Shown here: one piece after another, positions 46,127-55,315 of the stretch
Layout of the letters: every line of letters begins with the position of its first letter
Numbering within the stretch: position 1 is the stretch's first letter
NCBI RefSeq assembly: GCF_036637135.1
Contig: NZ_JAVWNC010000003.1
Location: 1,024-65,023 of the forward strand
DNA length: 64,000 nucleotides
From: Anaerorhabdus sp.
Lineage (GTDB): Bacteria > Bacillota_I > Bacilli_A > Erysipelotrichales > Erysipelotrichaceae
Direction of reading: 5' to 3'
Made by a program: the position numbers and the translations under genes
The notes under the pieces: model-generated
Told to the model about the DNA's origin: nothing
Databases searched by the model: none
The model's input: only the letters and a program-made list of their open reading frames with translations

Positions 46127-48304
46127 ATGAAGAGAAGCAACCGTATGCTTCTATTTATCTTCACCATCACATTAGTAGTGTCGATTTTGATCGCTTCTAA
46201 TGTTTTTTTAGTATCTGTAGTTAAAGTTCATGCGGTGAGTAATACGGATTTAAATGAGTATGCAAACAGTGCGAACATGCGTACAGAAATTAAAAAAGCA
46301 ACTCGAGGTTATATTTATGATCGTAATGGGACGATTATTGCGCAAGATAATAAAACATATAATATTGTCTGCATTCTTGATAAGAATCGATTAGCAAAGA
46401 AGAATGAAGTAGCTTATGTTGATGATCCAGGAAAGACTGCAGATGTTTTATCAGTTCTTTTAGGTGGAGATCGGGAAACGATTTATAATTTACTTTCAAA
46501 AGATGTGTATCAAACTGAATTGGGGACTATAGGACGTAACTTATCAAAAGAGAAAAAAGAAGAAATTGAAAGTTATGATTTAAATGGAATTGAATTTACA
46601 TCATCTATTAAACGTTCTTATCCATTAGGACAATTTGCATCTAGTTTGATTGGGTTTGCACAATCTGATGAATCAGGTAGTACAGTTGGAAAAATGGGAA
46701 TTGAATTGATATTGGATGAAGCACTATCAGGGACAGATGGATATAGAACCTATCAAGCTGACAAGAATGGGTTTGTCTTACCGGGAATGAAAGTGACTGA
46801 GGTTAGTTCAATTAATGGTAATGATGTTGTTTTAACATTGGATAAGGATATTCAAGAATCTCTTGAACAAGCATTCTTACAAACAAATGAGATGTTTAAT
46901 GCTTCCCGTGTTTGGGGAGCGGTAATGGAAGTTGACACAGGTAAAGTGCTTGCATGGGGACAATCACCGTCATTTGATCCTAATGTATTAAATATTACTG
47001 ATTACAATAACTTTGGAGCACAATTACCTTATGAACCAGGTTCAACGATGAAATCATTTGTATGGGCTGCAGCAATCAATGAAGGCATGTATGATGGGAA
47101 TGCCCAAGTATATTCAGGACCATATTGTTATAAGTCAGATGGATTAAATCCATATCGTGTACAATCGGGTGGTCTTGGTTGTATTACCAATGCGAGTTAT
47201 AAAAACTGGGGTATGGTGGGTTATGATTATGGTTTAATTTTATCTTCCAACTCAGTTACAGCGGATTTATTAACACAGGTGATTAATCCAGATATTTACG
47301 AAGATTATCTTGATCGTTTCCATTTCTTTCAACCAGTAGAAACTGATGGTATTCGAGAAGAAATAGGAATCAAACATTATAAATGGCCTTCTGAGAAGAT
47401 TACAGCTGCATATGGACAAGGTTCAACAGTAACGATGCTGCAACTACTTCAAGCTTACTCAGCTATCTTTGGCGATGGCAAAATGATGAAACCCTATTTT
47501 ATTGAAACAGTTCGGGATTCATATGATAGTCAAAAAATAATTTATCAAGCAGAACCTGAAGTTGTTGGAGAGCCAATTACTGCAGAAACTGCTTCGCAAT
47601 TGAGAGATATCTTGTATCGCGTTGTTTATGATGATCAAGGTACAGGAAAACATTATAAAATACCAGAAATTGAAATTAGTGGTAAAACTGGAACAACACA
47701 AGTTTTAGTATCAGGGTCATATGCTTCAGGTAGAACAATTGCATCAGTTATGATGGGAATGCCTGCGAATGATCCACAATATATCGTTTATTATGCGTTT
47801 GAAGCAGCATATGATCGAAATGCGCACTATAAAACAGAGCCGATTAAGACATTATTAAGAAAGGTTGCAATGCTAACTAACCTAACCGCAACTACTCCAA
47901 ATGCAGAGTCAGTCGATTATCCAGAAGAAGAGGGTTACATTAAGCAAGAAATTAAGAGTTATGAAATGCCTAATTTAGTGAATCACTCTTATGATTATGC
48001 TACATCTAAACTAGATGGTATGGGTGTAAATACTTATATTTTAGGTTCAAGTGACACTGTTATTGATCAATTTCCTAAAGCAGGAGAGAGTGTTTCAACA
48101 GGTCAAAAAGTATTTGTATTAACTGATACAGGTGGATTCTATATGCCAGATTTAACGGGATGGACTAAAAAGGATGTTACTGCGTTGTGGGAAATTACGG
48201 ATTTTGGATTCAAAATATCAGGAAGTGGTCAAGTCATTTATCAAAATGTCCCAGTAGAAGCTTTCGTTACAAAGGACACTGAAATTGAAGTTGAACTTCA
48301 ATAG
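46127..48304 (+). CDS. Class B penicillin-binding protein (PBP2B/FtsI type) with two C-terminal PASTA domains
   Basis: N-terminal TM. Transpeptidase motifs STMK, SSN and KTGT. Two PASTA-like repeats at the C-terminus. Confidence 0.9.
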   Translation: MKRSNRMLLFIFTITLVVSILIASNVFLVSVVKVHAVSNTDLNEYANSANMRTEIKKATRGYIYDRNGTIIAQDNKTYNIVCILDKNRLAKKNEVAYVDDPGKTADVLSVLLGGDRETIYNLLSKDVYQTELGTIGRNLSKEKKEEIESYDLNGIEFTSSIKRSYPLGQFASSLIGFAQSDESGSTVGKMGIELILDEALSGTDGYRTYQADKNGFVLPGMKVTEVSSINGNDVVLTLDKDIQESLEQAFLQTNEMFNASRVWGAVMEVDTGKVLAWGQSPSFDPNVLNITDYNNFGAQLPYEPGSTMKSFVWAAAINEGMYDGNAQVYSGPYCYKSDGLNPYRVQSGGLGCITNASYKNWGMVGYDYGLILSSNSVTADLLTQVINPDIYEDYLDRFHFFQPVETDGIREEIGIKHYKWPSEKITAAYGQGSTVTMLQLLQAYSAIFGDGKMMKPYFIETVRDSYDSQKIIYQAEPEVVGEPITAETASQLRDILYRVVYDDQGTGKHYKIPEIEISGKTGTTQVLVSGSYASGRTIASVMMGMPANDPQYIVYYAFEAAYDRNAHYKTEPIKTLLRKVAMLTNLTATTPNAESVDYPEEEGYIKQEIKSYEMPNLVNHSYDYATSKLDGMGVNTYILGSSDTVIDQFPKAGESVSTGQKVFVLTDTGGFYMPDLTGWTKKDVTALWEITDFGFKISGSGQVIYQNVPVEAFVTKDTEIEVELQ

Positions 48305-48350
48305 GGTTCTTGGTATAATAAATAGGCTTTAAATAAGGGGGCTAAGAAAG

Positions 48351-49313
48351 ATGATAATCATGATGTTAGGCGCTTTTCTTGTCAGTGCAGGAATCGTTTT
48401 AATCTTAATGCCTTACTATATTAATTACTTAAAAAAAATTAGTTTTAATCAAGCTGTAAGTGAATACAGTTTAGAAGAATATCAAAAGAAAGCTAAAACA
48501 CCAACTATGGGTGGTGTTTTATTCGTTATAGTACCAGTTCTTGTAACATTCTTATTTATACCAAAAGCAGTATTTGATATGGATGTTGCAATTGTATTGT
48601 TGGCATTTATAGGGTATGGAGCAATAGGGTTTATTGATGATTACATTATTGTTATTAAGCAAGATAATCAAGGCTTATTAGCAAGTCATAAATTTCTATT
48701 ACAAGTTTTATTGGCAGTTATATTCTTTATTGTTTATCAAAGTCATACTTCACTTGATATTGTGATTCCTATATTTCATACTGTATTACCACTAGGTGGC
48801 TTATATGGAGTCTTGATCTTCTTTATGTTTGTAGGTGGAAGTAACGCCGTAAACTTAACTGACGGTATGGATGGATTGGCAGCCGGTTGTAGTGTGATTG
48901 CTCTTGTACCATTTTTATTGTTTGCGTTACAAGCAAGAAATATTGCGATTGTTGTATTCATTAGCTCACTTTTAGGAGCTCTAATAGGATATTTACGATT
49001 CAACATTCATCCAGCGAAAATCTTTATGGGTGATACTGGTTCACTGGCGCTTGGTGGATCACTTGCAGCGCTAGCTATGGTTCTAAAACAGGAAGTAGCA
49101 TTTTTGTTTATTGGTGGAGTTTTTGTTTGGGAAACATTATGTGTCATCATTCAAATTAGTTCTGTTAAATTAAGGGGTAAACGAGTGTTCCGCTATACCC
49201 CAATTCATTATAGTTTTGTATTACAAGGTATGAAAGAAACCAAAGTAGTACGTTCATTTTGGATACTATCAGTAATTTGTGCTGTTGTTGGCTTTATTAT
49301 TGCAGTATTGTAA
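48351..49313 (+). CDS. mraY: Phospho-N-acetylmuramoyl-pentapeptide transferase MraY
   Basis: KTPTMGG, DDYIIV, NAVNLTDGMDGLA, MGDTGSLALGG. Confidence 0.95.
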   Translation: MIIMMLGAFLVSAGIVLILMPYYINYLKKISFNQAVSEYSLEEYQKKAKTPTMGGVLFVIVPVLVTFLFIPKAVFDMDVAIVLLAFIGYGAIGFIDDYIIVIKQDNQGLLASHKFLLQVLLAVIFFIVYQSHTSLDIVIPIFHTVLPLGGLYGVLIFFMFVGGSNAVNLTDGMDGLAAGCSVIALVPFLLFALQARNIAIVVFISSLLGALIGYLRFNIHPAKIFMGDTGSLALGGSLAALAMVLKQEVAFLFIGGVFVWETLCVIIQISSVKLRGKRVFRYTPIHYSFVLQGMKETKVVRSFWILSVICAVVGFIIAVL

Positions 49314-49352
49314 AGAAATAGATAAAAATTGATTAAACTAAGGAGGGGTAAT

Positions 49353-49646
49353 GTGCAAGAATTTGATGTTCATAATTCGCAAATTGAATTGGCTATTGTA
49401 TTAAAATTACAACAAATTCAACGTGAAGAATTACCTAACTTAACTTATCAAAATATAGAGGATGTGTTGTTTCAATTTGTGTGGGTTCATCAACCCCCGA
49501 GGTCTTTACACGATGCTGTAAATGATATATTATCTTTAACGGCAGATAAAATTGTAAGATACTTGTCTAAAATGGCAATTATTGAAGGTTATAACAAGCA
49601 TTTATCAGATTATAGTGATCTAATAGGAGGAAAGAGACATGAATAA
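49353..49646 (+). CDS. ComN-like post-transcriptional regulator family protein
   Basis: GTG 49353 follows AAGGAGGGG. About 97 aa. Its position immediately upstream of and overlapping secDF matches B. subtilis comN(yrzD)-secDF. Family call is from context and size. Confidence 0.5.
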   Translation: MQEFDVHNSQIELAIVLKLQQIQREELPNLTYQNIEDVLFQFVWVHQPPRSLHDAVNDILSLTADKIVRYLSKMAIIEGYNKHLSDYSDLIGGKRHE

Positions 49647-51933
49647 AAATACAAAGACAAAACGTTTAGTTGTATTTTTCGTAACAATTGCAGTTATTGC
49701 AGCTGTTATCTTGGGCTTCTCAAAAGGAATTTCAAAGAATTTAACTTTGGGGCTAGACCTACAAGGTGGATTTGAGATTTTATATGAAGTAAGTCCATTA
49801 GAAGAAGGTGGAACATTACCGGATATGTCGGCTGTTGCGAAGAGTGTCAGCAAACGTGTCAATGTTTTAGGTGTAAGTGAACCACAAATTATTATTGAAG
49901 GTGATAACCGTATTCGTGTGCAACTTGCAGGTGTTGAAAATCAAGACCAAGCACGTCGTATGATTTCGGCTACCGCAAATCTTACATTTAGAGATATAAA
50001 TGATGAACTTCTAGGCGATGCTTCTATTATTCAAGAAGGCGGAGCTACACTGGGATTCCAAGAAGGAAATCCTGTTGTTTCTCTTAAAATTGCAGATACA
50101 ACTGCATTTGGTGATTTAACTGAAAAAGTTTCAAATATGGGTTCTGGTAATAATTTAATCGTTACTTGGTTAGATTATTCTGAAGGTGATTCCTACAAAG
50201 AAGAAGCTCTTAAGTTACAAAATGGTGGAGAAGCTAAGTACATCAGTGCTGCTCAAGTAACACAAAGATTAGATAGTGATGCCATTATTTCGGGAAACTT
50301 TACAGAAGCTGAAGCAAGAGAACTTGCTGATTTAATCAGTTCAGGATCATTGCCAGTTAAAATGACTGAAATTTCTAGTAACGTAGTTAGTGCTGATTAT
50401 GGATTAGGTGCTTTAGCATCTACAAGCTTTGCCGGTATTGTTGGTATATCCTTAGTATTTGCATTTATGATTTTCATTTATCGTTTACCAGGTGTCATCG
50501 CAAGTATTATGTTAACTGTTTATATCTTTGCAGTATTTGCTATCTATAGCGCAATGGGGGCGGTATTTACACTTCCTGGTATTGCTGCGTTAGTGCTTGG
50601 AGTTGGTATGACTGTTGATGCGAATATCATCACATTCGAACGTATTCGTGATGAATTATATAAAGGACGTAGTTTGCAAAATGCAGTTAAAGAAGGACAA
50701 AATTTGTCATTCTCTACTATATTTGATGCTCAATTTACTACGTTGTTAGCAGGATTAATTATGTATGTGTTTGGTAATGGGGCAGTAAAAGGTTTCGCTA
50801 CAATGTTGATGATTACTGTAATTTGTACATTGGTTATTAACGTAGCAGTATCTCGTTTCCTTATGAACCAACTTGTAAATTCTGGTGTGTTAGATAATAA
50901 AAAAGGTTGGTTTGGAGTAAAAGTTACAAAGATTCCTAATGTATCGAAAAATGAAAAACAAACATATTTTGGTCCATTTGATAAAATTGATTTCTTAAAA
51001 CATGCAAAGAAAATGATTATTGTAAGCTTATCTATCTTTGCGGTAGCAATTGCTTTAGCTGGATTTAATATGGCATCTGGTAAGGGTGCGCTTAATTTGG
51101 GAATTGATTTTTCAAGTGGAACGAAGATTACTGTTACTTCTCCAGATAAGATGAATATTGCTGATGTAGAAGCAACATTTAAAGATTTAGGCTATGACAA
51201 AGTTAAGTATCAAGCTTCAGGAGATAATGCAGTTTACGCAACAATTAAAGATGCATTGAATACTGAACAACTTGATGAAATTAAATCGACATTCATGGGT
51301 ATCTATGGTGAAGAACCAGGGGATAACGTGGTAACTCCAGTTGTTGGTAGAGATTTAGTAAAAAATGCAATTCTATTAAGTCTATTGGCTTGGGTTGCAA
51401 TGTTAGTTTATATTACATTACGATTTAAATGGGATTATGCTGTAAGTTGTATTGTTGCGCTATTACATGACGTGGGAATTGTTATTGCAGTCTTCGTAAT
51501 TTTCCGTTTAGAATTCAATACCGAACTTATTTCAGTTATCTTGGCTATCATTGGATATTCAATTAATAACTCAATTGTAGTATTCGATCGTGTTCGTGAA
51601 GATTTAAATAATGCGAAGAGTGCTAAACTTACACCTGATTTCTATCGAGGTGTAGTTAATGAAGCATTAGATAATACGATTGTTCGTTCAGTATATAGTT
51701 CAATTACAACTATTTTACCTATCATATGCTTATTGTTGTTAGGATCAAATGCAATCTTTACATTCACATTTGCAATGTTTGTCGGATTAATTGCAGGTAC
51801 TTTATCAAGTGTCTTCATTGCTCCACAAATTTGGTTCTATATCCGTACACATGTGAAAGACAAACCAAAGAAAAAATCAAAAGCAAAACGTGAAGAACTT
51901 GATGAATATACTATCAAAGGAATTAATGCGTAA
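49639..51933 (+). CDS. secDF: Protein translocase subunit SecDF (fused)
   Basis: SecD N-terminus (LGLDLQGG) with six TM segments, followed by a SecF repeat (LGIDFSSGT) with six TM segments. Confidence 0.93.
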   Translation: MNKNTKTKRLVVFFVTIAVIAAVILGFSKGISKNLTLGLDLQGGFEILYEVSPLEEGGTLPDMSAVAKSVSKRVNVLGVSEPQIIIEGDNRIRVQLAGVENQDQARRMISATANLTFRDINDELLGDASIIQEGGATLGFQEGNPVVSLKIADTTAFGDLTEKVSNMGSGNNLIVTWLDYSEGDSYKEEALKLQNGGEAKYISAAQVTQRLDSDAIISGNFTEAEARELADLISSGSLPVKMTEISSNVVSADYGLGALASTSFAGIVGISLVFAFMIFIYRLPGVIASIMLTVYIFAVFAIYSAMGAVFTLPGIAALVLGVGMTVDANIITFERIRDELYKGRSLQNAVKEGQNLSFSTIFDAQFTTLLAGLIMYVFGNGAVKGFATMLMITVICTLVINVAVSRFLMNQLVNSGVLDNKKGWFGVKVTKIPNVSKNEKQTYFGPFDKIDFLKHAKKMIIVSLSIFAVAIALAGFNMASGKGALNLGIDFSSGTKITVTSPDKMNIADVEATFKDLGYDKVKYQASGDNAVYATIKDALNTEQLDEIKSTFMGIYGEEPGDNVVTPVVGRDLVKNAILLSLLAWVAMLVYITLRFKWDYAVSCIVALLHDVGIVIAVFVIFRLEFNTELISVILAIIGYSINNSIVVFDRVREDLNNAKSAKLTPDFYRGVVNEALDNTIVRSVYSSITTILPIICLLLLGSNAIFTFTFAMFVGLIAGTLSSVFIAPQIWFYIRTHVKDKPKKKSKAKREELDEYTIKGINA

Positions 51934-51950
51934 TTGATTAAATATTAAAA

Positions 51951-51984
51951 AACAGCTATATATAAAATATAGTTGTTTTTTTTG
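51951..51984. terminator. Bidirectional terminator (secDF / MerR gene)
   Basis: 10-bp stem AACAGCTATA/TATAGTTGTT, flanked by A6 and T8. Confidence 0.8.
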
Positions 51985-51991
51985 TGCAAAT

Positions 51992-53008
51992 TTAAATTGT
52001 AGATTTTCTTTTAATGTCTTGTAATATGGGTTCTGGGCATGAACTAATAAAACTATAGCTAAACCAAAAAATGAGATACAAAGAAGAAGTCAGTTCTTGT
52101 AACGGACAAATTGTCATGATTTGTTCATAGAACAATGAATCACTTTTAATTTGTCTAGCTACATCATTTACGAGGATATTTAATTTTTTATTACATGACT
52201 CATATCGTGGACTATATGCAGACATTAATTCTGAGATATTTTTGTAGAACCCTTGTAATGGTAAAAGGATAGGCTGATATAATATAGTCCAACGCAATAA
52301 CAGGGACTGATTATTAATGAGTTCATGGCATCGTTGCATTAAATATTGTTGGAATTCTTCAAATGAGGAAGAGATGCTTAAATCCATGAAAAGTTTATAT
52401 GATTGGCTTGAAGTAGTATTAATTTCAATTGCAGATTGACTATATATAATTCGTTGTAAATAGATTAAATTATCTTTAAATTGTAGTTGTAATTCTGAAG
52501 AGATACGATCCCATAAAAACTTACGATATTCATCTACATGGATATCAAGAAATGGTGCAAGTATTAAGATAGCAATCATCCTTGCATCATTACATGGAAA
52601 TAAGGTTTCAATGTAGTTGTTTGTCGGTTCATCGAGTAATTTAGATATTGAATAATTATCACAAATATATTCTGGAGTTGCATTTGGAGGGATAGACTCT
52701 ATAATTGAACAAAGATTTTCCAGTTGCTTTTGATTTTCTATAATTTTATGCTTAAGTAGATTTACTTGTCGATGAAAAAAATAATTTGTCATTGTTGGAA
52801 AAGTGAATATTTCTTGTATAGTTTCTATTGAAAAACCAATCTGTCTAAATAAACAGATTAATTTAAGTTTCCGTAAGTCTTCATCATCCAAATCGTAATA
52901 ACCATTATTACTATTTTTAGTAGGATTGATCAAATTTTTCTCAATATAGAAGTGAATAGCTTTTTTAGTTAATCCTGTTATTTGTATTACTTCTTGTATC
53001 CGCATCAT
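51992..53008 (-). CDS. MerR-family transcriptional regulator with long (about 270 aa) C-terminal domain of unknown ligand
   Basis: N-terminal HTH IQEVIQITGLTKKAIHFYIEKNLINP...YYDLDDEDLRKLKLICLFRQIGFSIETIQ. Confidence 0.8.
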   Translation of the reverse strand: MMRIQEVIQITGLTKKAIHFYIEKNLINPTKNSNNGYYDLDDEDLRKLKLICLFRQIGFSIETIQEIFTFPTMTNYFFHRQVNLLKHKIIENQKQLENLCSIIESIPPNATPEYICDNYSISKLLDEPTNNYIETLFPCNDARMIAILILAPFLDIHVDEYRKFLWDRISSELQLQFKDNLIYLQRIIYSQSAIEINTTSSQSYKLFMDLSISSSFEEFQQYLMQRCHELINNQSLLLRWTILYQPILLPLQGFYKNISELMSAYSPRYESCNKKLNILVNDVARQIKSDSLFYEQIMTICPLQELTSSLYLIFWFSYSFISSCPEPILQDIKRKSTI

Positions 53009-53126
53009 TTATCACCTATTAAAGTATAACCTAAGGTAACGGTTTGAACAATGAAATCTTGTGATTTTCTTAACAAATTTATAATTATTTCACAAAGTAG
53101 CTTAAAAAGGCGTATTTTTTTCATAC

Positions 53127-53157
53127 TTGACTGTCCTTTAAGAGCTTCTTTTATAAT
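53127..53157 (+). promoter_or_regulatory. MerR-style promoter with 19-bp spacer for the flavoprotein reductase gene
   Basis: TTGACT (53127-53132), a 19-nt spacer, then TATAAT (53152-53157), with a divergent MerR gene adjacent. Confidence 0.55.
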
Positions 53158-53181
53158 TGAGTTACAAATGGAGGAAAGAAA

Positions 53182-55197
53182 ATGAAAAAACTGATTATTA
53201 GCTGTCTCGTCTTCTTGATGGCTGTATCAACGGTTGGATGTTCTAGCAAAGAAGTTGTTTTTGAAGGATCATCTAAGGGTTATGGTGGAGAAGTAGTAGC
53301 AAAAGTTACTTTCTCTGGTGACAAAATTAAAAGTATCGAGGTAACAGGTGATGGAGAAACTGAAGGTATTGGTTCTCTTGCAATTGAAGAGTTACCTGCA
53401 AAGATTGTGGAAGCAGGAAATACAGATATCGATGTAAAGACAGGAGCAACTGTCACATCAAAAGCAATATTCGCAGCAGTCAATAAAGCTATAGATTTAA
53501 AGAATGGTGTTACATCTAAACCTATTTCTTATACTGCAGGAACATATACAGGTGTTGGTGCAGGATATCATGGGGAAGTGAAAGTTGAAGTTGAATTTGA
53601 TGAAAAATCGATTTTATCGGTTAAGGTAGTTGAACAAGCAGAAACTCTTGGTATTGGGCAAGGGATGGATACATCTCCAGTTGAGTCTTTACCAATTAAA
53701 ATAGTGGAAACTCAGGGTTTAGGAGTGGATGTAGTTACAGGAGCAACAGTTACATCAAATGCAATTCTTACTGCTGTTAGTGATGCAGCAACACAAGCAG
53801 GTGCAGATTCAGAAGCATTAAAAGAGATAACAATGGAGAGCAAGGCAATCGATGAAACTTATGAAGTTGATGTTGTAATTGTGGGAGCAGGTGGTGCTGG
53901 TCTTGCAGCTGCGATACGTGCTTCTCAAGATGGTGCTGATGTATTGGTTGTTGAAAAACAAGGAATCATTGGTGGAGCAACAACACGTTCTGGTGGAAAA
54001 GTTATGGCGGCAGGAACTGACATTCAAAAAGAAGCAGGGATATCTGACAATGATGAAATGATGTATAACTATCTAAAAGAAATAGGTGGTGAATACATTG
54101 ATGATGTTAAGTTAAAAGCATTTACTGACAATGCGTTAGATGTTTACAATTGGATGATTGATTTAGGAGTTAATGTAATAAATGTAGAACCTATTCATAA
54201 ATCAATTGAGCCAAATCGTGTACATAACACTCTTGGTGGAGGCGGTATGACTGATGGTTTTGGTGGTAATATCACGGTGCCTTTATATGAGGAATATAAG
54301 GATTTAGATGGAGATATTGTTTACAATACAACTGTAAATGAAATAATTATGAATGATAAACAAGAAGCCGTTGGGGTAATAGGAGTAAAACCCGATGGTT
54401 CAAAAGTAACAGTTCATGCGAATGCAGTTATTATCGCAACAGGTGGATATGCACAAAATAAAGAAATGGTTCGATCATATGAAACTGAATTTCCTTTCTA
54501 TGTAACTTCAGTTCCAACGGGTAATGTTGGTGATGGAATCAAAATGGTTGAAAAAATTGGTGGACAAATTGAAGAATATCCAGCAACACAAACAGTTTTC
54601 TTAGATTTTAATTCTGGTACTGGAATTAATGAAGAAGCTGGATTAATTGTTACTATGGATGGAAAAAGATTCGTCAACGAATATAGCTATCAATATCATG
54701 TTGGAGATGCTTTGGCAAAAACTGGTAGTACAAATGGTTGGTATATCGCAACTGCAAATGATCCTACCCCAACTGTACAATATGCTATGACACAAGATAA
54801 GACATTAAAAGCTGCATCAATTGAAGAATTAGCACAGTTAATGGAAGTAGATGCAAAGGTTCTTCAAGAAACAATTGATCGCTATAATGGATTCGCAAAA
54901 AACCAAAAAGATGAAGATTTTGGTAAACCAGCGGAATTCTTATATCCAATTGAAGGAGAACAATATTACGCATTGAAATTGATGCCAGCAGTAACTGTTA
55001 CATTTGGTGGTATAGTGATTGATGAAAATGCTCAAGTTCTTGATCAAAATAATCAACCTATATCTAACCTATTTGCAGCAGGGGAAACTGCTTTTCCAGG
55101 CTTATTTGGAACAGAATACCCAGGTTGTGGAGTTGCGATTTCTGGAAGTGTTTATTTTGGGTTAGTTGCAGGTGAAAACGCTGCGAAGTTAAAATAA
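53182..55197 (+). CDS. Extracytoplasmic lipoprotein flavin reductase: two FMN_bind domains plus an FAD-dependent fumarate/urocanate-reductase-like domain
   Basis: Lipobox STVGCSS. Two flavinylation-type motifs, DVKTGATVTS (TGAT at 53440-53451) and DVVTGATVTS (53737-53748). FAD fold VVIVGAGGAGLAAAI. C-terminal FAAGE. Confidence 0.8.
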   Translation: MKKLIISCLVFLMAVSTVGCSSKEVVFEGSSKGYGGEVVAKVTFSGDKIKSIEVTGDGETEGIGSLAIEELPAKIVEAGNTDIDVKTGATVTSKAIFAAVNKAIDLKNGVTSKPISYTAGTYTGVGAGYHGEVKVEVEFDEKSILSVKVVEQAETLGIGQGMDTSPVESLPIKIVETQGLGVDVVTGATVTSNAILTAVSDAATQAGADSEALKEITMESKAIDETYEVDVVIVGAGGAGLAAAIRASQDGADVLVVEKQGIIGGATTRSGGKVMAAGTDIQKEAGISDNDEMMYNYLKEIGGEYIDDVKLKAFTDNALDVYNWMIDLGVNVINVEPIHKSIEPNRVHNTLGGGGMTDGFGGNITVPLYEEYKDLDGDIVYNTTVNEIIMNDKQEAVGVIGVKPDGSKVTVHANAVIIATGGYAQNKEMVRSYETEFPFYVTSVPTGNVGDGIKMVEKIGGQIEEYPATQTVFLDFNSGTGINEEAGLIVTMDGKRFVNEYSYQYHVGDALAKTGSTNGWYIATANDPTPTVQYAMTQDKTLKAASIEELAQLMEVDAKVLQETIDRYNGFAKNQKDEDFGKPAEFLYPIEGEQYYALKLMPAVTVTFGGIVIDENAQVLDQNNQPISNLFAAGETAFPGLFGTEYPGCGVAISGSVYFGLVAGENAAKLK

Positions 55198-55207
55198 ATT
55201 TTATAAG

Positions 55208-55247
55208 GTGAAGATTCTTTATACAAACTATCTTCACTTTTTCTTTT
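55208..55247 (+). terminator. Terminator
   Basis: Stem GTGAAGAT/ATCTTCAC followed by TTTTTCTTTT. Confidence 0.7.
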
Positions 55248-55315
55248 GAATATCGAATGCTTTATTATCAAAAAAACATGATTTTGAGGTATACTATAGT
55301 ACGAGAGGTATACTG

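Noticed and set aside
55286-55313. 10-bp direct repeat GAGGTATACT x2, 18 bp apart, just upstream of the PP-loop gene
   Set aside because: The second copy is simply the Shine-Dalgarno plus spacer. The first plausibly supplies a TATACT -10. This is probably coincidental reuse rather than a regulatory repeat.
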